Shown: positions 24,162 through 36,991 of the stretch, in pieces
How positions within the stretch are numbered: position 1 is the stretch's first letter
Layout of the letters: each line of letters begins with the position of its first letter
NCBI GenBank assembly: GCA_004022145.1
Contig: RCNU01000002.1
Strand: one strand, 5' to 3'
Origin: Paecilomyces variotii
Taxonomy: Eukaryota
DNA length: 64,000 nucleotides
Made by a program: the position numbers and the translations under genes
The notes under the pieces: model-generated
Seen by the model: the letters and a program-made list of their open reading frames with translations, nothing else
The model's database searches: none
Told to the model about the DNA's origin: nothing

Positions 24162-25541
24162 ATGGAGCCTCAGGCTTGGGAAGATCTGGAGAGGGCCGAT
24201 GGCGGGGCTCTGAGGACTGTTAAAGATCTGTCGGCTGGTGCTGCTGGTGGCATTGCTCAGGTCCTTCTAGGTATGTCTTGTATATTTCTTAATTTGGGCG
24301 CAACTGAATATTATTATACCTCGTCTCCTGAACTTTGTCTTTAAGTTTCTGTGGTGATAACGTGACCTGCCCTTGCTATTCCATCAATATGTCTCTCTAT
24401 GTCTCTATATGGAAGACGCATGCTTTCATAATTTTTTATACATACAAGCTCCATTGCTTATATTGAGTTTGATATTCTAACATCTCTCCAGGTCAACCTT
24501 TTGGTATGTGAATCCTATTAATAGTCTTATTTAAGCTACCGATCTTAATGGTCCAAAGATATTATCAAGGTGCGATTGCAAACGAGCAATCAGTACTCCA
24601 GTGCTTTCGATGCTGCCACCAAGATCTTGAAGAATGAGGGTCCCTTGGCTTTCTACAAGGGAACCTTGACCCCGTTGATTGGAATCGGTGCTTGTGTAAG
24701 TATATGCCGTGGATGGCTGGCCTCTTCATGTGCCAATTAAACCTTTCCGTTTCACGCGATTCATTACCGGATACTGGGTTGTCTAACTATTCTTACAGGT
24801 CAGTGTTCAGTTTGGTGCTTTCCATGAAGCACGAAGACGCTTGGAGGAAGCCAATGCGAAGAAGAACCCCTCCAACCCAGGGCTGTCGTACTCGCAATAT
24901 TATGCTGCTGGTGCGTTCGCTGGCGTAACTAATTCCGTGCTCTCTGGACCGATCGAGCATATTCGTATCCGTCTGCAGGCCCAGCCTCACGGAGCCGGTC
25001 GGCTCTATAGCGGTCCTCTGGACTGCATCCGCAAGCTATCTGCCCACGAGGGTGTCCTGAAGGGCCTCTTCAGAGGCCAGGTGGTCACTGTTCTGCGAGA
25101 GGCTCAAGCGTACGGTGTCTGGTTTTTGAGCTTCGAGTACTTGATGGACCTGGACGCGAAGCGAAACAACATCACCCGTGATGAAATCTCCAGCATTCGC
25201 GTTGCTACCTACGGTGGTCTCGCAGGAGAGGGACTCTGGCTGGCCAGCTATCCCTTTGATGTAGTGAAGAGCAAGATGCAGACCGACGGTTTCGGTGCTC
25301 AGCAAAAGTTCAGCAGCATGACCGACTGCTTCAAGAAGACTTTTGCCGCAGAGGGCCTGGGAGGTTTCTGGAAGGGTATTGGACCGACTCTTCTGAGAGC
25401 CATGCCTGTTTCGGCTGGTACTTTCGCAGTGTATGTCTTCCCTTCAAAACTCGTCAAACGTGAACTAAATCCATCATTTGGAATTTATAACTGACTCCAA
25501 GACTAAACAGTGTCGAACTCGCAATGAGAGCTCTTGGTTAA
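24162..25541 (+). CDS. Mitochondrial carrier (SLC25), Ymc1/carnitine-carrier-like
   Basis: Three Px[DE]xx[KR] signatures: PFDIIKVRLQ (built through a 12-nt exon at 24492-24503), PIEHIRIRLQ and PFDVVKSKMQ. The terminal exon encodes VELAMRALG*. Confidence 0.92.
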
Positions 25542-26216
25542 GCACCGGCTCTAGGAAAAAGTCATTTTTTTTGCTTTTTACGCATATTCCGATTGATGCA
25601 TTTCTTAACTCCATTTCCACGGCTTCAAGGTTTCATGATATACCAAAAATGCTCATTTGGGTTCTTCAACATAATGCGAATGCGAAAAGGGGGGGAAAGA
25701 GAAGTCTGTTTCACCATATGCATTTAGAACTTTCGATGCAATGCATTCAACAGCTTTCAATTAAGAGCTATGATTTTTTTTTTTTTCATCTTAATGCGAA
25801 GTCTACGTACATCTCTTGCCCGGGCAAGGAAACTTGTTTGCTTGGCTCCAAATGTCGACACCATATGTATCGCCCAAGCATACAATGAATATAGATCCTA
25901 GTGATCTACGTAGTATGTTCTATCATATGAAAGAACCTGCTGTAATCGGCGATATGATAGATCGTCTGCATGCATTCTTTGTGTGCGCTAACAGAAACCA
26001 TAAATGGTTATGGCTCCCCGATTCGAAGATGTAGATCGGATACTCAATTCTACAATTTGCTGGACTACATCCGCAGAGAAAGACTATAAACGATATATGA
26101 TTGCAAACTTCTTCAGACATAACTATAAAACCGGTATAAGCTGAAAGTTCTAGTATAAAATACAGGTGTCATTGAATGGATTTTTGCCGGCGCAAGTAAT
26201 AATCCTTTTCACCGCG

Positions 26217-27353
26217 TTACTGCTGTCCAGTGATAGGGTTCTCACGCAGCTCGGAAATAGTGATAGGTTCATATGGAAGCTCTCCCCTCTTAGCCGCCTC
26301 CAGTCTCCTCTTCTGTCCGGACTCGCCTGCTCTACCAAGGATACCAGCGATCACCTGCACGCAACGCAAGCTGTCATCGTTGGCCGGGATTGGGTAGGTG
26401 ACCTTCGTCGGGTCAGCATCCGTGTCGATGATACCGATCGTGGGGACGTTGTTGAGACCACATTCGTGTAGCAACACGACGTTTTCGATAGGATTCAAGC
26501 AGACGACGAGATCGGGCTTGAGAGCCGGGCGGTCGGTCAGGTTTTGCTTAAAGTCAGGCAGTTCCTGATCCAATGCGTTGACAACCTTGCTCTCGCAATG
26601 ACCGAGGATCTGCTGTCCATTGGTAAGACTGCCGGGAATCCAGCGCTCGAAGATATGATATCCTCTCGCCAACTCTGCAGCTCTCACGACGGCGCGCTTC
26701 TGGCCCTTCCGAGTTCCAACAAACAAGATCAGACCGCCCCTCGCAGCCACCTCTTCCACAACCTTAGCTGCCCGGCGAAGGTAGGCTGCCGTGACATCAA
26801 GAGAAATGATATGGATTCCTTCTCTGACACCAAAAATGTAGCGGGAGTTCTGCGGGTTCCAGCGAGACGTGGCATGTCCAAGATGTGACTGGGAGGCAAG
26901 AAGCAGTTCGAGGGAGATATCTGACGGCTTGGGAGGGTTTCGGAGGATATCTTCAGGTTCGTACGTCTCAGACACAACCGTACCCAGGCTGTGAAAATGA
27001 TTTCCTGGAAAACATCGAATGTCAGATCCAGACTCCGATGAAAATAGGACCGATTGGTCTTCCACTCACGTTGTTGCACTGTTTTCTTCCATTCCTCTCG
27101 CGCAGGAGAGCTAATATCCTCCGGAACCTCCATCACAGCCGAAATCTTTCCCGGCTGAGATGGAGCAGCGACGTTGGGCGTCTCAACAGCGACATCGACT
27201 CGGACATTAGTCGAGTTGAAGCGCGCCAGCATCGGAGCCCGGTTGAGGGCCAGGAAGCTGCGGCCTTGAAGACAATTCCATCAGTAAAAGAGCTAAATGT
27301 GATTAAGACAGTGAACACTCACTCTGCCGCGCACACAGTTTCCGGACAATCAT
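26217..27353 (-). CDS. MRP4: Mitochondrial ribosomal protein uS2m
   Basis: MIVRKLCARQ first exon and two introns. S2 motifs HLGH, ILFVGTR, RWIPGSLTN and GIIDTDADP..YPIPANDDS. Confidence 0.92.
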
Positions 27354-28180
27354 TTTGTGCTAGAACTGCTGCTTCAACACCGTTCGCAAGGTCCGCGGAG
27401 AGCCTCTCGAACTTTTGATGGAACGCTTGGCGAGTCTCGGGGCCGAGCCATGAGATGCGCTAGTCCGTTTATGGCAGCCACGGTTTGTCGCGGGTGCCGA
27501 CACTCTGCAGCATGCATCTCAATAATTTTCTGATCACTTCGGTGATGATGGGTTCGCAAACTGAACGACATTGCGTTATAAATGACTCTAAAGGGTTCAG
27601 ACTATGGAAAACTACCTTCGTTGTTGATTCAAATGCGGATCTACCTCGCTTCCGCTTCTTAACCTGCTCTACAAAAGATGAGAACAGCAATCTCACCAAA
27701 CAAGTACAAATCTGCTACTATTTCAAAAAATTTTGGATGGGAATTTCATCTTCAGAATGTGATATATAGATGGCCCGATATATAAATTCTGACTTCTGAC
27801 TCGGCTCTAGGATAAACCTCAAGTCTCCCCGATTTGTGTTCAACATATTTGCATATTCAAGTCCAGCAGTAAACCAGTTGGACCTTTTTAATCCTTCGCA
27901 TATCCGGACAATATGTTTGATGCAGTAACTTATCAATAATAGTCAATACCGGATCTCCATCTATGTCAATGACACTTCATGATCATATAGCATCCGCGGG
28001 AGAAAGAGCAAGGGCAAAAGGGCCCAGATATCCAAAAAAAAAAAAAGTCACAAATACACAGCGAAACACAATGAAAGCTATGATCCCGCAAAGCGAAAGA
28101 AAAACAAATCGTCAGAATCCCCGTTGACAATATTGGCTAGTCCCGGTTCCCAGCCGGGAGTATAACCCAAGACGCTTTAT

Positions 28181-28864
28181 TCATTTCTTTCCGAGGAAGC
28201 TGCCGGCCGCGTTCTCTAACGAGCCAAGGAGTCCACTGTGGTGTTGAGAGCCCTGAGAACCGTGATGCTGTCCCTGGGGATAGCCGGTTCCACCATATGA
28301 CTCCGTGTAACCGCCCTGCTGATGATGACCCTCACCATGATTCTTGTGTTTCTTCACGGCATCTTCAACAACACTGCCCATGATAGCGCCACCAATGGTT
28401 CCCAAGATACCATGGTCAGCCTTGTGGCCGGCAAACCCTCCGGCGAGACCTCCAGCTAGGGCGCCGCCCAGTCCACGATCTCCCTCCTGGGCACCGCCTG
28501 GTGCACTCTGGTTATGACCATAGCCCCTAAAAGATTCTACCGTTAGATAATTGATGGAATTAGAACCCGAGTGAGGTTCAGGGTTAACATACTCAGATCT
28601 GCCTCCATACTCATGCGAGGGCTGCTGGCCATAGCCCTGTGGTCCTCCATACTGCTGGTGGCCGTACGACTGGTCATAGCCACCTTCTTGTTGGTGATGG
28701 TGATGGTGATGATGAGGCTGCTGGCCGTAACCGCCCTGCTGAGGATAGCCTCCCTGGTTCTCGTAGCCACCTGGGCCGTAGCCACCTGGGCCGCCATAAC
28801 CGCCCTGGTTATAACCGCCTTGGCCGTAGCCCTGGTTGTACTGGTGGTCGTAGGGGCCAGACAT
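28181..28864 (-). CDS. Gly/Gln/Tyr/His-rich protein with glycine-zipper domain
   Basis: GYGQGGY-type repeats, a His7 run and GDRGLGGALAGGLAGGFAGHK..HGILGTIGGAIMGS. Probable 66-nt intron at 28527-28592. Confidence 0.85.
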   Translation of the reverse strand: MSGPYDHQYNQGYGQGGYNQGGYGGPGGYGPGGYENQGGYPQQGGYGQQPHHHHHHHQQEGGYDQSYGHQQYGGPQGYGQQPSHEYGGRSEYVNPEPHSGSNSINYLTVESFRGYGHNQSAPGGAQEGDRGLGGALAGGLAGGFAGHKADHGILGTIGGAIMGSVVEDAVKKHKNHGEGHHQQGGYTESYGGTGYPQGQHHGSQGSQHHSGLLGSLENAAGSFLGKK

Positions 28865-31111
28865 AATGGATGAAGTTGATATAGATGTTATGTTAATGTG
28901 AAGGTAGTAGTATGTGAAGAGTGATAGGATTCAATAAGTAATGAGATTGAGTGCGATATCCAAACCGCTGAGGGACTTCCCCCGCTCTTTTATAACCCTG
29001 CAAACTTCAAAGACAGCCAAGGAGTCTGACATATCATCCGACCTAACTACTAACTAGTTAACTAGTTAAAATTACGTTAACTGCTTGCAGAATGCAGCGA
29101 GAGTTACGACTCATCGCCTCTAAACTTAGCCACCCCGCTAGATCCAGCGTTCGGCGCGCTGCTTCAGCCCTGTGGATTAGAAGACAAAAATACATTCATT
29201 GGAGGATGCCTGGACGCACGCAAGCCGGACTCCTTGGGGGATGCTGCGAGACAGCCAACAAGGTGGCCTCGTGGTCCTTTCGGCTCAGCTGGACCCAGCC
29301 AGCATGTACACTTAGTAGTCTACTTAGTACTGGTACACCAGCGATGAACCGTTGTTGAGAGTCCGCTGTCGCCATCGGACCCCCTGTGGCTGTGAAGACG
29401 CTGTTCCCCGCGGTTGGCCGGAGACACGTGGCGGTGCATCGCCCCTGTGGCGCAAGGAAACGCAATCTATTTTCAGATCTCCCTGACGCAGCTGATCGCT
29501 GTCAAGCCCCATGAAGATCGTCATTCAACGGCGGTTATCTCCTTTCTGGTAATTCTGAAGATCTTATTGTACATGTAAAGATCTAAACCATCAACACTGG
29601 GAATTTCTGTTGCCAAGTCCCGGTCCGGACACGCATACGTGTACACCTCGACTTGGCAGAGTTTGCGGGAACCCTAACCAATCTATCATCTTCAAGTGGA
29701 CCATGCCCTGAGTCCCTGATGGATGGTGACTATTATTATTATTGTTTGTTTCTCCGGAGCGGAGAGCCAGCTCCTGTTTCTCGGAATCGAACAACTCCTC
29801 CGGTGTCAGCGTCAAGGTCTCAAAATGGGTAAGACGTTGTCTCATTAGGTACACTTGAAAGGGGAAGAGCCCAAATGTTCAAGATCAGACATCCCCTGTA
29901 CATATTGTAGTGAAATGGCCAGTATCCTATCATTTGCACACTTGTTCATGACGAAGTCTGTTTCTCTGTCCCTGGTCCATCATTCGGAAATTGCAATAAC
30001 TACCTATCATCTGACTTGTCCGTGCGAAGAAAGTCAAGCTAGGCTCTAGAACTAGTGGTTCATGAAGCACAATGAATAGACAACAAAGCAGTCTATTAGT
30101 CACATTTATTTTCTTCTGTGGCTTGGAATTCATCATCAATTCTATACGTATTTCGTAGATATCTCAATTCCAGTAGTTGAGACATCCTCGAAACATTCTC
30201 GTTAGTTAGTTAACTAACGTCAACTTAATATTGCCTTATGTAAGCGAGCAGCTGACATCTTATCTACTCTTAGAGACGGCAATACTGATAATTACCACAC
30301 CGCGGAATACACCGCCCTCGAGTATCGCACTATACCGAATACAGATGCATCCCAACATGTCGGGTCCACTGGTAGAACGATTGGACTCACTGGAGCAGTG
30401 ATCAATGAATATGGAACAGAAGGACATGTTGTGCCGTCTGAAAGAAGATCGCTCTCATCAGTCTCTGTCTTCGGACAATGCAGACAAAGCCCTAGTGACA
30501 TCCGACCGGCCAGCAGCATTGCCGATCCGAAAACGGGGGACCTGGAAGGATCGCGATTGGAGTGGAATGTGATGGATTCAAGAATATGCCCGCATAACTT
30601 GATAAGAGCACCAAGACGTTACCTTGGCAGTCTTTCGACATGGATCGTCTGCAGACGGCACACCCAACCGGGTGCCCGACCTCTTCTTTAAGCACACCAC
30701 GTCCTCGTCGATTTTCTGAGACATTGTTCGGGAAGCCGTTCGGATGACGGACCAACCGTGGTATCACACTCGTACCTGCCCACGAAGAACACGATCAGAT
30801 GCTTATACGGATAAAGCTGAAACATACTCTGGCATATTCTGGCGCGCGCTTATTTCTGCTCCTAAATATCTATAAAACAAGAAAACAATTCCCGCGAACT
30901 TCCGCCGCGGGCGGTTGCATGATGACATCAGTTGCGACTACAGCGTGGGGCTCTACTCTGATACTCTTCCGCGAAATTCCAATTATTCGCAATTCGGATA
31001 CGATATCTAACTCTCTGCCAGCTGCATGATGTTGAGTGAATGCTGAGAAAATTGGGACGATGAGAAGGCGGTGTTGCAGAGTCCACATCGGTTAAGGGTA
31101 TCTATACCGCC

Positions 31112-34100
31112 ATGGGGCCGACGACCGAGCGCCGTCAAGACTGGTTCCAACAAGACGTCAAACAGCGCGCTCAGGTGTGGTACCAGAAATACGTGCTGGA
31201 GCTGATCTTGAGGCGAAAGGCGCTCTCTTCTTCCAATGATGGCCGTCATATCCCCCTCCAGCCTTTCCATGACAAACCGTTGGTTGATCCTCGTAGACAT
31301 CACCCATATATCTCAAACACCATCCGATCGTCCAGGTACACCATCTGGGACTTCTTGCCAAAACAGTTTCTTTTTCAGGTGACCAGACTGGGGAACTTCT
31401 ATTTCATTTGCATCGGAGTTCCTCAAGCTATTCCTGGGTTGAGCAATACCGGAAGCTATACGACTATTCTGCCCCTTCTTTTCTTTATCCTTCTGACAGT
31501 CGCAAAAGAAGGCTATGATGACTACAAAAGACACAGACTGGACAAAGTGGAGAACACAAGATGTGCGACTGTTATAAGAGATGGCCGGCACGCGGAGCGT
31601 CGAGGAACATTTGCAAGAATACCCGATCTTCGCTCGTTTCCGTCAGTTTCTAAAACAAAATCGGAAGTTGTTGAGGAGTTCGAGCTGAAGGAAGACGAAT
31701 TACGATGGAAGCAAATCCAATGGCAGGACATCAAGGTCGGTGACATTATCAAACTGGAAAGAGACGACGCTATCCCGGCGGATACAGTGTTGCTATACGC
31801 GGATGCAGAAGATGGGATTGCATACATTGAAACGATTGCTTTGGACGGGGAAACGAATTTGAAAAGTCGCCAGGCATTGCCGGAGTTTGATCGTTGCAAC
31901 ACAATAGAAGGGATCAGATCATGCAAGGCCGAATTCGTGGTCGAGGATCCGAATCCGGATCTCTACAATTTCAACGGCAGGGCAATCGTCGACGGGGAAT
32001 CTGTTCCACTCACCCTGAACGAAGTTGTTTACCGGGGTAGCGTCTTGAGAAATACTAAGCTCGCAATAGGCCTAGTAATCAATACGGGAGAAGAATGCAA
32101 AATCCGAATGAATGCCAATCACCATCCTAAAGCGAAAAAGCCCCGTCTTGAAAAGTTTCTCAACCAGGTCGTACTCACACTCGTGGTTTACGTGATCCTC
32201 CTCACTATGGGGTGCTCAGTGGGGTATCTCATTTGGAGGAGATCAGTTGAGAAGCACTCATGGTACTTGAAAGACGCTAAAGTCAGTGCCAAAGAGATCA
32301 TTATCGGCTATGCGATTGAATTCAATAACGTCATCCCGCTGGCACTATATGTTAGTCTGGAAATTGTTAAGATCGGCCAAGCACTGTTATTGAACGGCGA
32401 CGTTGAAATGTACGACGAAACGTCCGATGCTCCGGCGAGGTGTAACACGAATACGATTCTCGAGAACCTAGGACAGGTCAACTATATCCTCTCAGACAAA
32501 ACAGGAACTTTGACAGAAAACGTCATGAGATTTCGCAAGATCAGCGTTGCGGGCACCGCGTGGCTACATGAAATGGATATCGAAGAAGATGACCAGGGCC
32601 AGACGTCGGAAGCCGGGGAAGAAGATCACGACAGCATCAAATCTTGTCATATAACCGCCACTGCCAAGGTCGGGGATAGTCAGACATCCATCTCGCCTCT
32701 TGTTGAATATCAACCGAGGTCCTCTTTTTCCACTTGGAGATCCGCCGGCAGGCCTGATCATCTTCAACCGGGACTGACAACAAAGCAACTCCTCGAATAT
32801 ATTCATCTTCATCCCGCATCTGAGTTTTCCAAAAGGGCCCGCGAATTCATACTGGCAACGGCTTTATGCCATACCTGCCTTCCCGAAGTCACGGGTGACA
32901 ACGTAGATTTCCAAGCGTCATCTCCCGACGAACTCGCCCTCGTCCGGGCAGCCCAAGAGTTGGGTTACGTGGTCGTCCATCGCTCATCGCATTCAATTAC
33001 TTTGCTTGTGAAAAGTGGAAGTGGGAATGAAAGTCAGTCATACGAAATTCTCGACATAATCGAATTCAGCAGCAAACGAAAGCGCATGTCCATCATTGTG
33101 CGATGCCCTGATGGTCGAATATGGCTACTCTGCAAGGGTGCAGATAATGTCATCTTGCCGCGTCTCAAACATGCAGACCAGGTAGCTCGATTGGCTAAGC
33201 GGGTGCGTGAAAGTCGTGAATTCGATCACCTACGACGGAGTCAACAACTTGAAGCAGCAGAGAGACCTGGTGTCAGGAGATCACTCGAGATAACGAAGCA
33301 GTCCGCGTTCAATTTCCTTGACAAGTTGTCGGTCACGAATGACTCTACTATTCTCAGCCGCTGCCTCGAACATGTCGATGACTTTGCAAACGAAGGCCTT
33401 CGGACCCTCCTTTTCGGTCACAAATTTATTTCCCCGGAAGACTACAGCTCCTGGAGGAAGATATATCGTGAGGCAACGACCTCACTCACAGATCGTCAAG
33501 ATCGCATTGAAGAGGCTGGGGAGCTTATTGAGCAATCTCTTGATCTTCTTGGCGCGTCTGCCATTGAAGACAAGCTACAACAGGGCGTGCCCGAGACCAT
33601 TGACAGACTTCGTCGCGCTAACATTCGAATCTGGATGTTGACTGGTGATAAGCGGGAAACAGCGATCAAGATTGCACACTCTGCGCGGCTTGTCCTGCCC
33701 GGTTCTAAGACATTTATTCTGGATTCTACAGTAGACAATTTGCAAGGGCAGATACGGGCCGTTTACGACGAGATATACCTTAGGGATGCAAATAGCGTCT
33801 TAGTTATTGATGGGCATACCCTTGCAGTTGTAGAAAGTGATCCCATACTGAAGGACTCTTTCTACCGGCTCATAGCATCCACTCGTTCCGTGATTTGTTG
33901 CCGTGCTAGCCCAGCGCAAAAGGCTAGCATAGTAAGCGCAATCAAAGCGCATATACCCGGATCCCTGACTCTTGCTATTGGTGACGGAGCAAATGATATC
34001 GCTATGATCCAGGCTGCAGTAAGTAATATATCCCTCTGGGTATCTACAAGTATATGCTCAACCTAAGCTTTGAACCAGGACGTTGGTGTTGGTATATCTG

Positions 34101-35116
34101 GTAAAGAAGGCCTACAAGCAGCACGCGTCGCAGACTATAGCATAGCTCAATTCCGCTTTCTTCAACGCCTCCTTCTTGTTCACGGTCACTGGAACTACGT
34201 TCGCACTGCAAAGTTCATACTGATGACGTTCTGGAAAGAAATGTTCTTCTATATGATGCAGGCGCTCTATCAACGCTATAACGGATACACCGGTACTTCG
34301 CTATATGAATCGTGGTCTCTGACTGTTCTTAATACCCTATTTACATCTCTGTGCGTCATCATCATGGGGATTTTCGAACAAGACTTAAGCGCCGACACCT
34401 TGCTCGCTGTTCCCGAGGTGTATCTCTACGGCCAAAATAATGCTGGCCTCAATCTGCGAAAATACCTGGCCTGGATGCTATGTGCCACCGCAGAGGGAAT
34501 GATTGTATGGTTCTTCTCCTGGGCAATTTACGGAATGCTTTATATCCCCAAAGATCAAGGATTATTCGCATTTGGTGATCTTGTGTTCACCTTAGCAATC
34601 CTGTGGACGAATACAAAGCTATTGTAAGTGCCCTTGCGCCACTGGAGGCCACCATGTTCGAAATCCATAGACACGTGCTAACTAATCTGTTCTGTTAAAA
34701 GCATTGGCGAAACTCACTGCAAGACGATCATTGTCATCACCTGTTTCTCGATCACTATCGCTGGCTGGTGGGCCTGGAATGCGTTCCTCGCAGCTGCCTA
34801 TACGCCTCAACCAGGACCATACAGTGCGCGCGGGGGCTTCACGAATACCTTTGGTACTGACCCCATTTGGTGGTTGACGCTCATTCTGGTGTTTGCGATC
34901 TTGGTGGCTCTACAAGTCGTATACAGTTCGCTCAACCGGAACATCATATCAATCGCAATGAAACCGTTGAGGCGAAGAGTAAAGTGGTTTGGGGGCAATG
35001 AGGATTCCGATATTAGAATGTTCCAGGAGATGGAACAGGACCCGTCCATGAGAGAACGGCTTAAGAAAATGGCTCGGGACGAAATGGAAGAACCGGACGT
35101 GGAGTACATACCATGA
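31112..35116 (+). CDS. P4-type ATPase (phospholipid flippase), Dnf3-like
   Basis: DGETNLK, phosphorylation site DKTGTLT, FSSKRKRMS, KGAD, TGDKRETA, GDGAND and GISGKEG. Two 3' introns splice in frame to a stop at 35116. The start codon is uncertain. Confidence 0.93.
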
Positions 35117-35198
35117 TGTTAATGACTAACGACACTACATAAATAGTGTACTTACATCGCAGATTTATTAGAAGACCTAATGATTTAATTATAGTATC

Positions 35199-35471
35199 TG
35201 TTAGACACCCCCTCCGGTGGCTTCTGTTGGGCGCCCTGTTTACTAGTGTCCTATATAGGGATCGCCTAGCCCTAGATTTAATTAAGCAAGTATTCTCCCG
35301 CTTCCTTTAGGTTATATTGCTCTTATTCTAAATGTTATTACTCTTTATACTTGATGCTTCTGGTTTGATAATTGCCTTGCTGCTTGTTGGTGCCTTAGAT
35401 TAAATATCATCAGTTTCAGAGACCCGGAAGGCTAGTAGAGTGATTGGATGTAAGTGTTAGAAGGGGTAACA
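35199..35471. mobile_element. Possible degenerate solo LTR
   Basis: 273 bp bounded by TGTTA...TAACA, with an internal TATATA, AT-rich and TpA-rich by eye. No target-site duplication (GTATC vs CAAGG). Confidence 0.2.
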
Positions 35472-36769
35472 CAAGGCGGCTATAAATCAATAACTATTGG
35501 CTACTTTCAGTAACTAAGTAATAGTAACTACTTAATCCAGATGTTGGCATACAGAGATGACAAATTGCTGAACCTTCGATCTACAGTACTTTTCACCTAG
35601 GTCCAGTGCTAATGCACGCAAAAATACGCCAATATCTGAATACATCCTAGGCTGGTGATTCTGATTCCGCAGAAGTATTAGATTTACCTCTCCAGCTGCC
35701 CTAAGTAGGATATCAGACAACTTAACTAGGACCCGAGCAATTAGGGAACCACCCTAGTCGGCTTAGCCGCCACTAGAGCGGGCAATGCAGTCTCGTGCAC
35801 ATAATCCTGATACCTATTCGAACCGGATAAGCCAACGGGCACCAGTATCTGGCTGTAGTCTTCGAAGCCTTGAGCCAACGCCGGTGTCTTGTGTTCTACT
35901 CAGCTAGCACTCTCGGAGCTCCCGTTCCTTACACTGCGGACCATGAGGCGCCGCATATAACAGTTGTGGTCCCTTTGAAGTTATCAGTGATTATATCGTC
36001 TCGCTTTGAGATTGTAAGTGGCATTGTTGTGTAGTAACTAGTGCAAAGGATCTTGGTATTGAATTTGCTGTGCCGCAATGTTGCATTCACAGGTATCCAC
36101 AAGTTAGCATCAGGAACTACATAACAATGGGGCTGTTCATTGATTTAAGTTTGAACTAAGAATGGTAAGCATAATCTTGTAAGTAGGAACTACCGTATAC
36201 AAGAGAGGGGACTAAAGAAAGAAAGAAAGAAAGACAAGAGCTCAAAGTCTTTGTCAGAGAATAAGAGGCAACCATAAATGTCTATGACTCTACAAGCATG
36301 GGCCTGTGGAAATCTATAAGCTAGCCCGGGAGATCTTTCGACTCCAACTAGTTTGCTATCAAAGTAGACTCTCCACCCGTTAAGTCGATCGTATCTATCT
36401 CGCGCCATTTCTTTCTCCAATCGAGTTTGGAGCAAAGCTACCTGGAAATCGGTTCTGATATCCTGCGATCTGCCAAATTAAGGTTCGAATAGTAACTTTG
36501 TATAGTGTCGTCGGGGAATTGGCAAGTGGGCTGGAGTGAGCGAATGAACAGATACATCTTTCTGCCCATTTGCGAGTAAATGGTGTGATCAAGATAGTGT
36601 CGGCCTGCGTCCTTTATCGCTGAGCGAGCTAGAGGTTAACGCTTAACCACTAAGTAAGATAGCGTGCGACAGCGCTATAAGTATATACCTATATTCGGTA
36701 TGTTTTATTTGTTTTGTTTTACTACATTCCTTACTCCGTATGGGGGCCATGCTTATCTTGAAATCGAGG

Positions 36770-36844
36770 ATCGAATTCAAATGGCCGGCCACGTACCTAG
36801 GCATCCCAGGAAACGAAGCAGCTAACCAGGCTGCCAAAGATGCC
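36770..36844 (+). mobile_element. Relic RNase H fragment, probably from a non-LTR (Tad1-like) retrotransposon
   Basis: IEFKWPATYLGIPGNEAANQAAKDA matches the RNase HI C-terminal motif W-x-P-x-H-x-G-I-x-G-N-E-x-A-D-x-x-A-K with H>Y and D>N changes. Confidence 0.7.
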
Positions 36845-36991
36845 CCGATACTACCTCGTGGCCGCTCGATCTCAGATCTCAGCTATTACTACATAGAGGG
36901 GTTGAAGTCAGAGTCAATATGCCCTCAGTATTTGCACCTCGCTGGCGGTCGTCGGGACGCACTCTGACTCCGTCTCCCTTGGCGGAGATCC

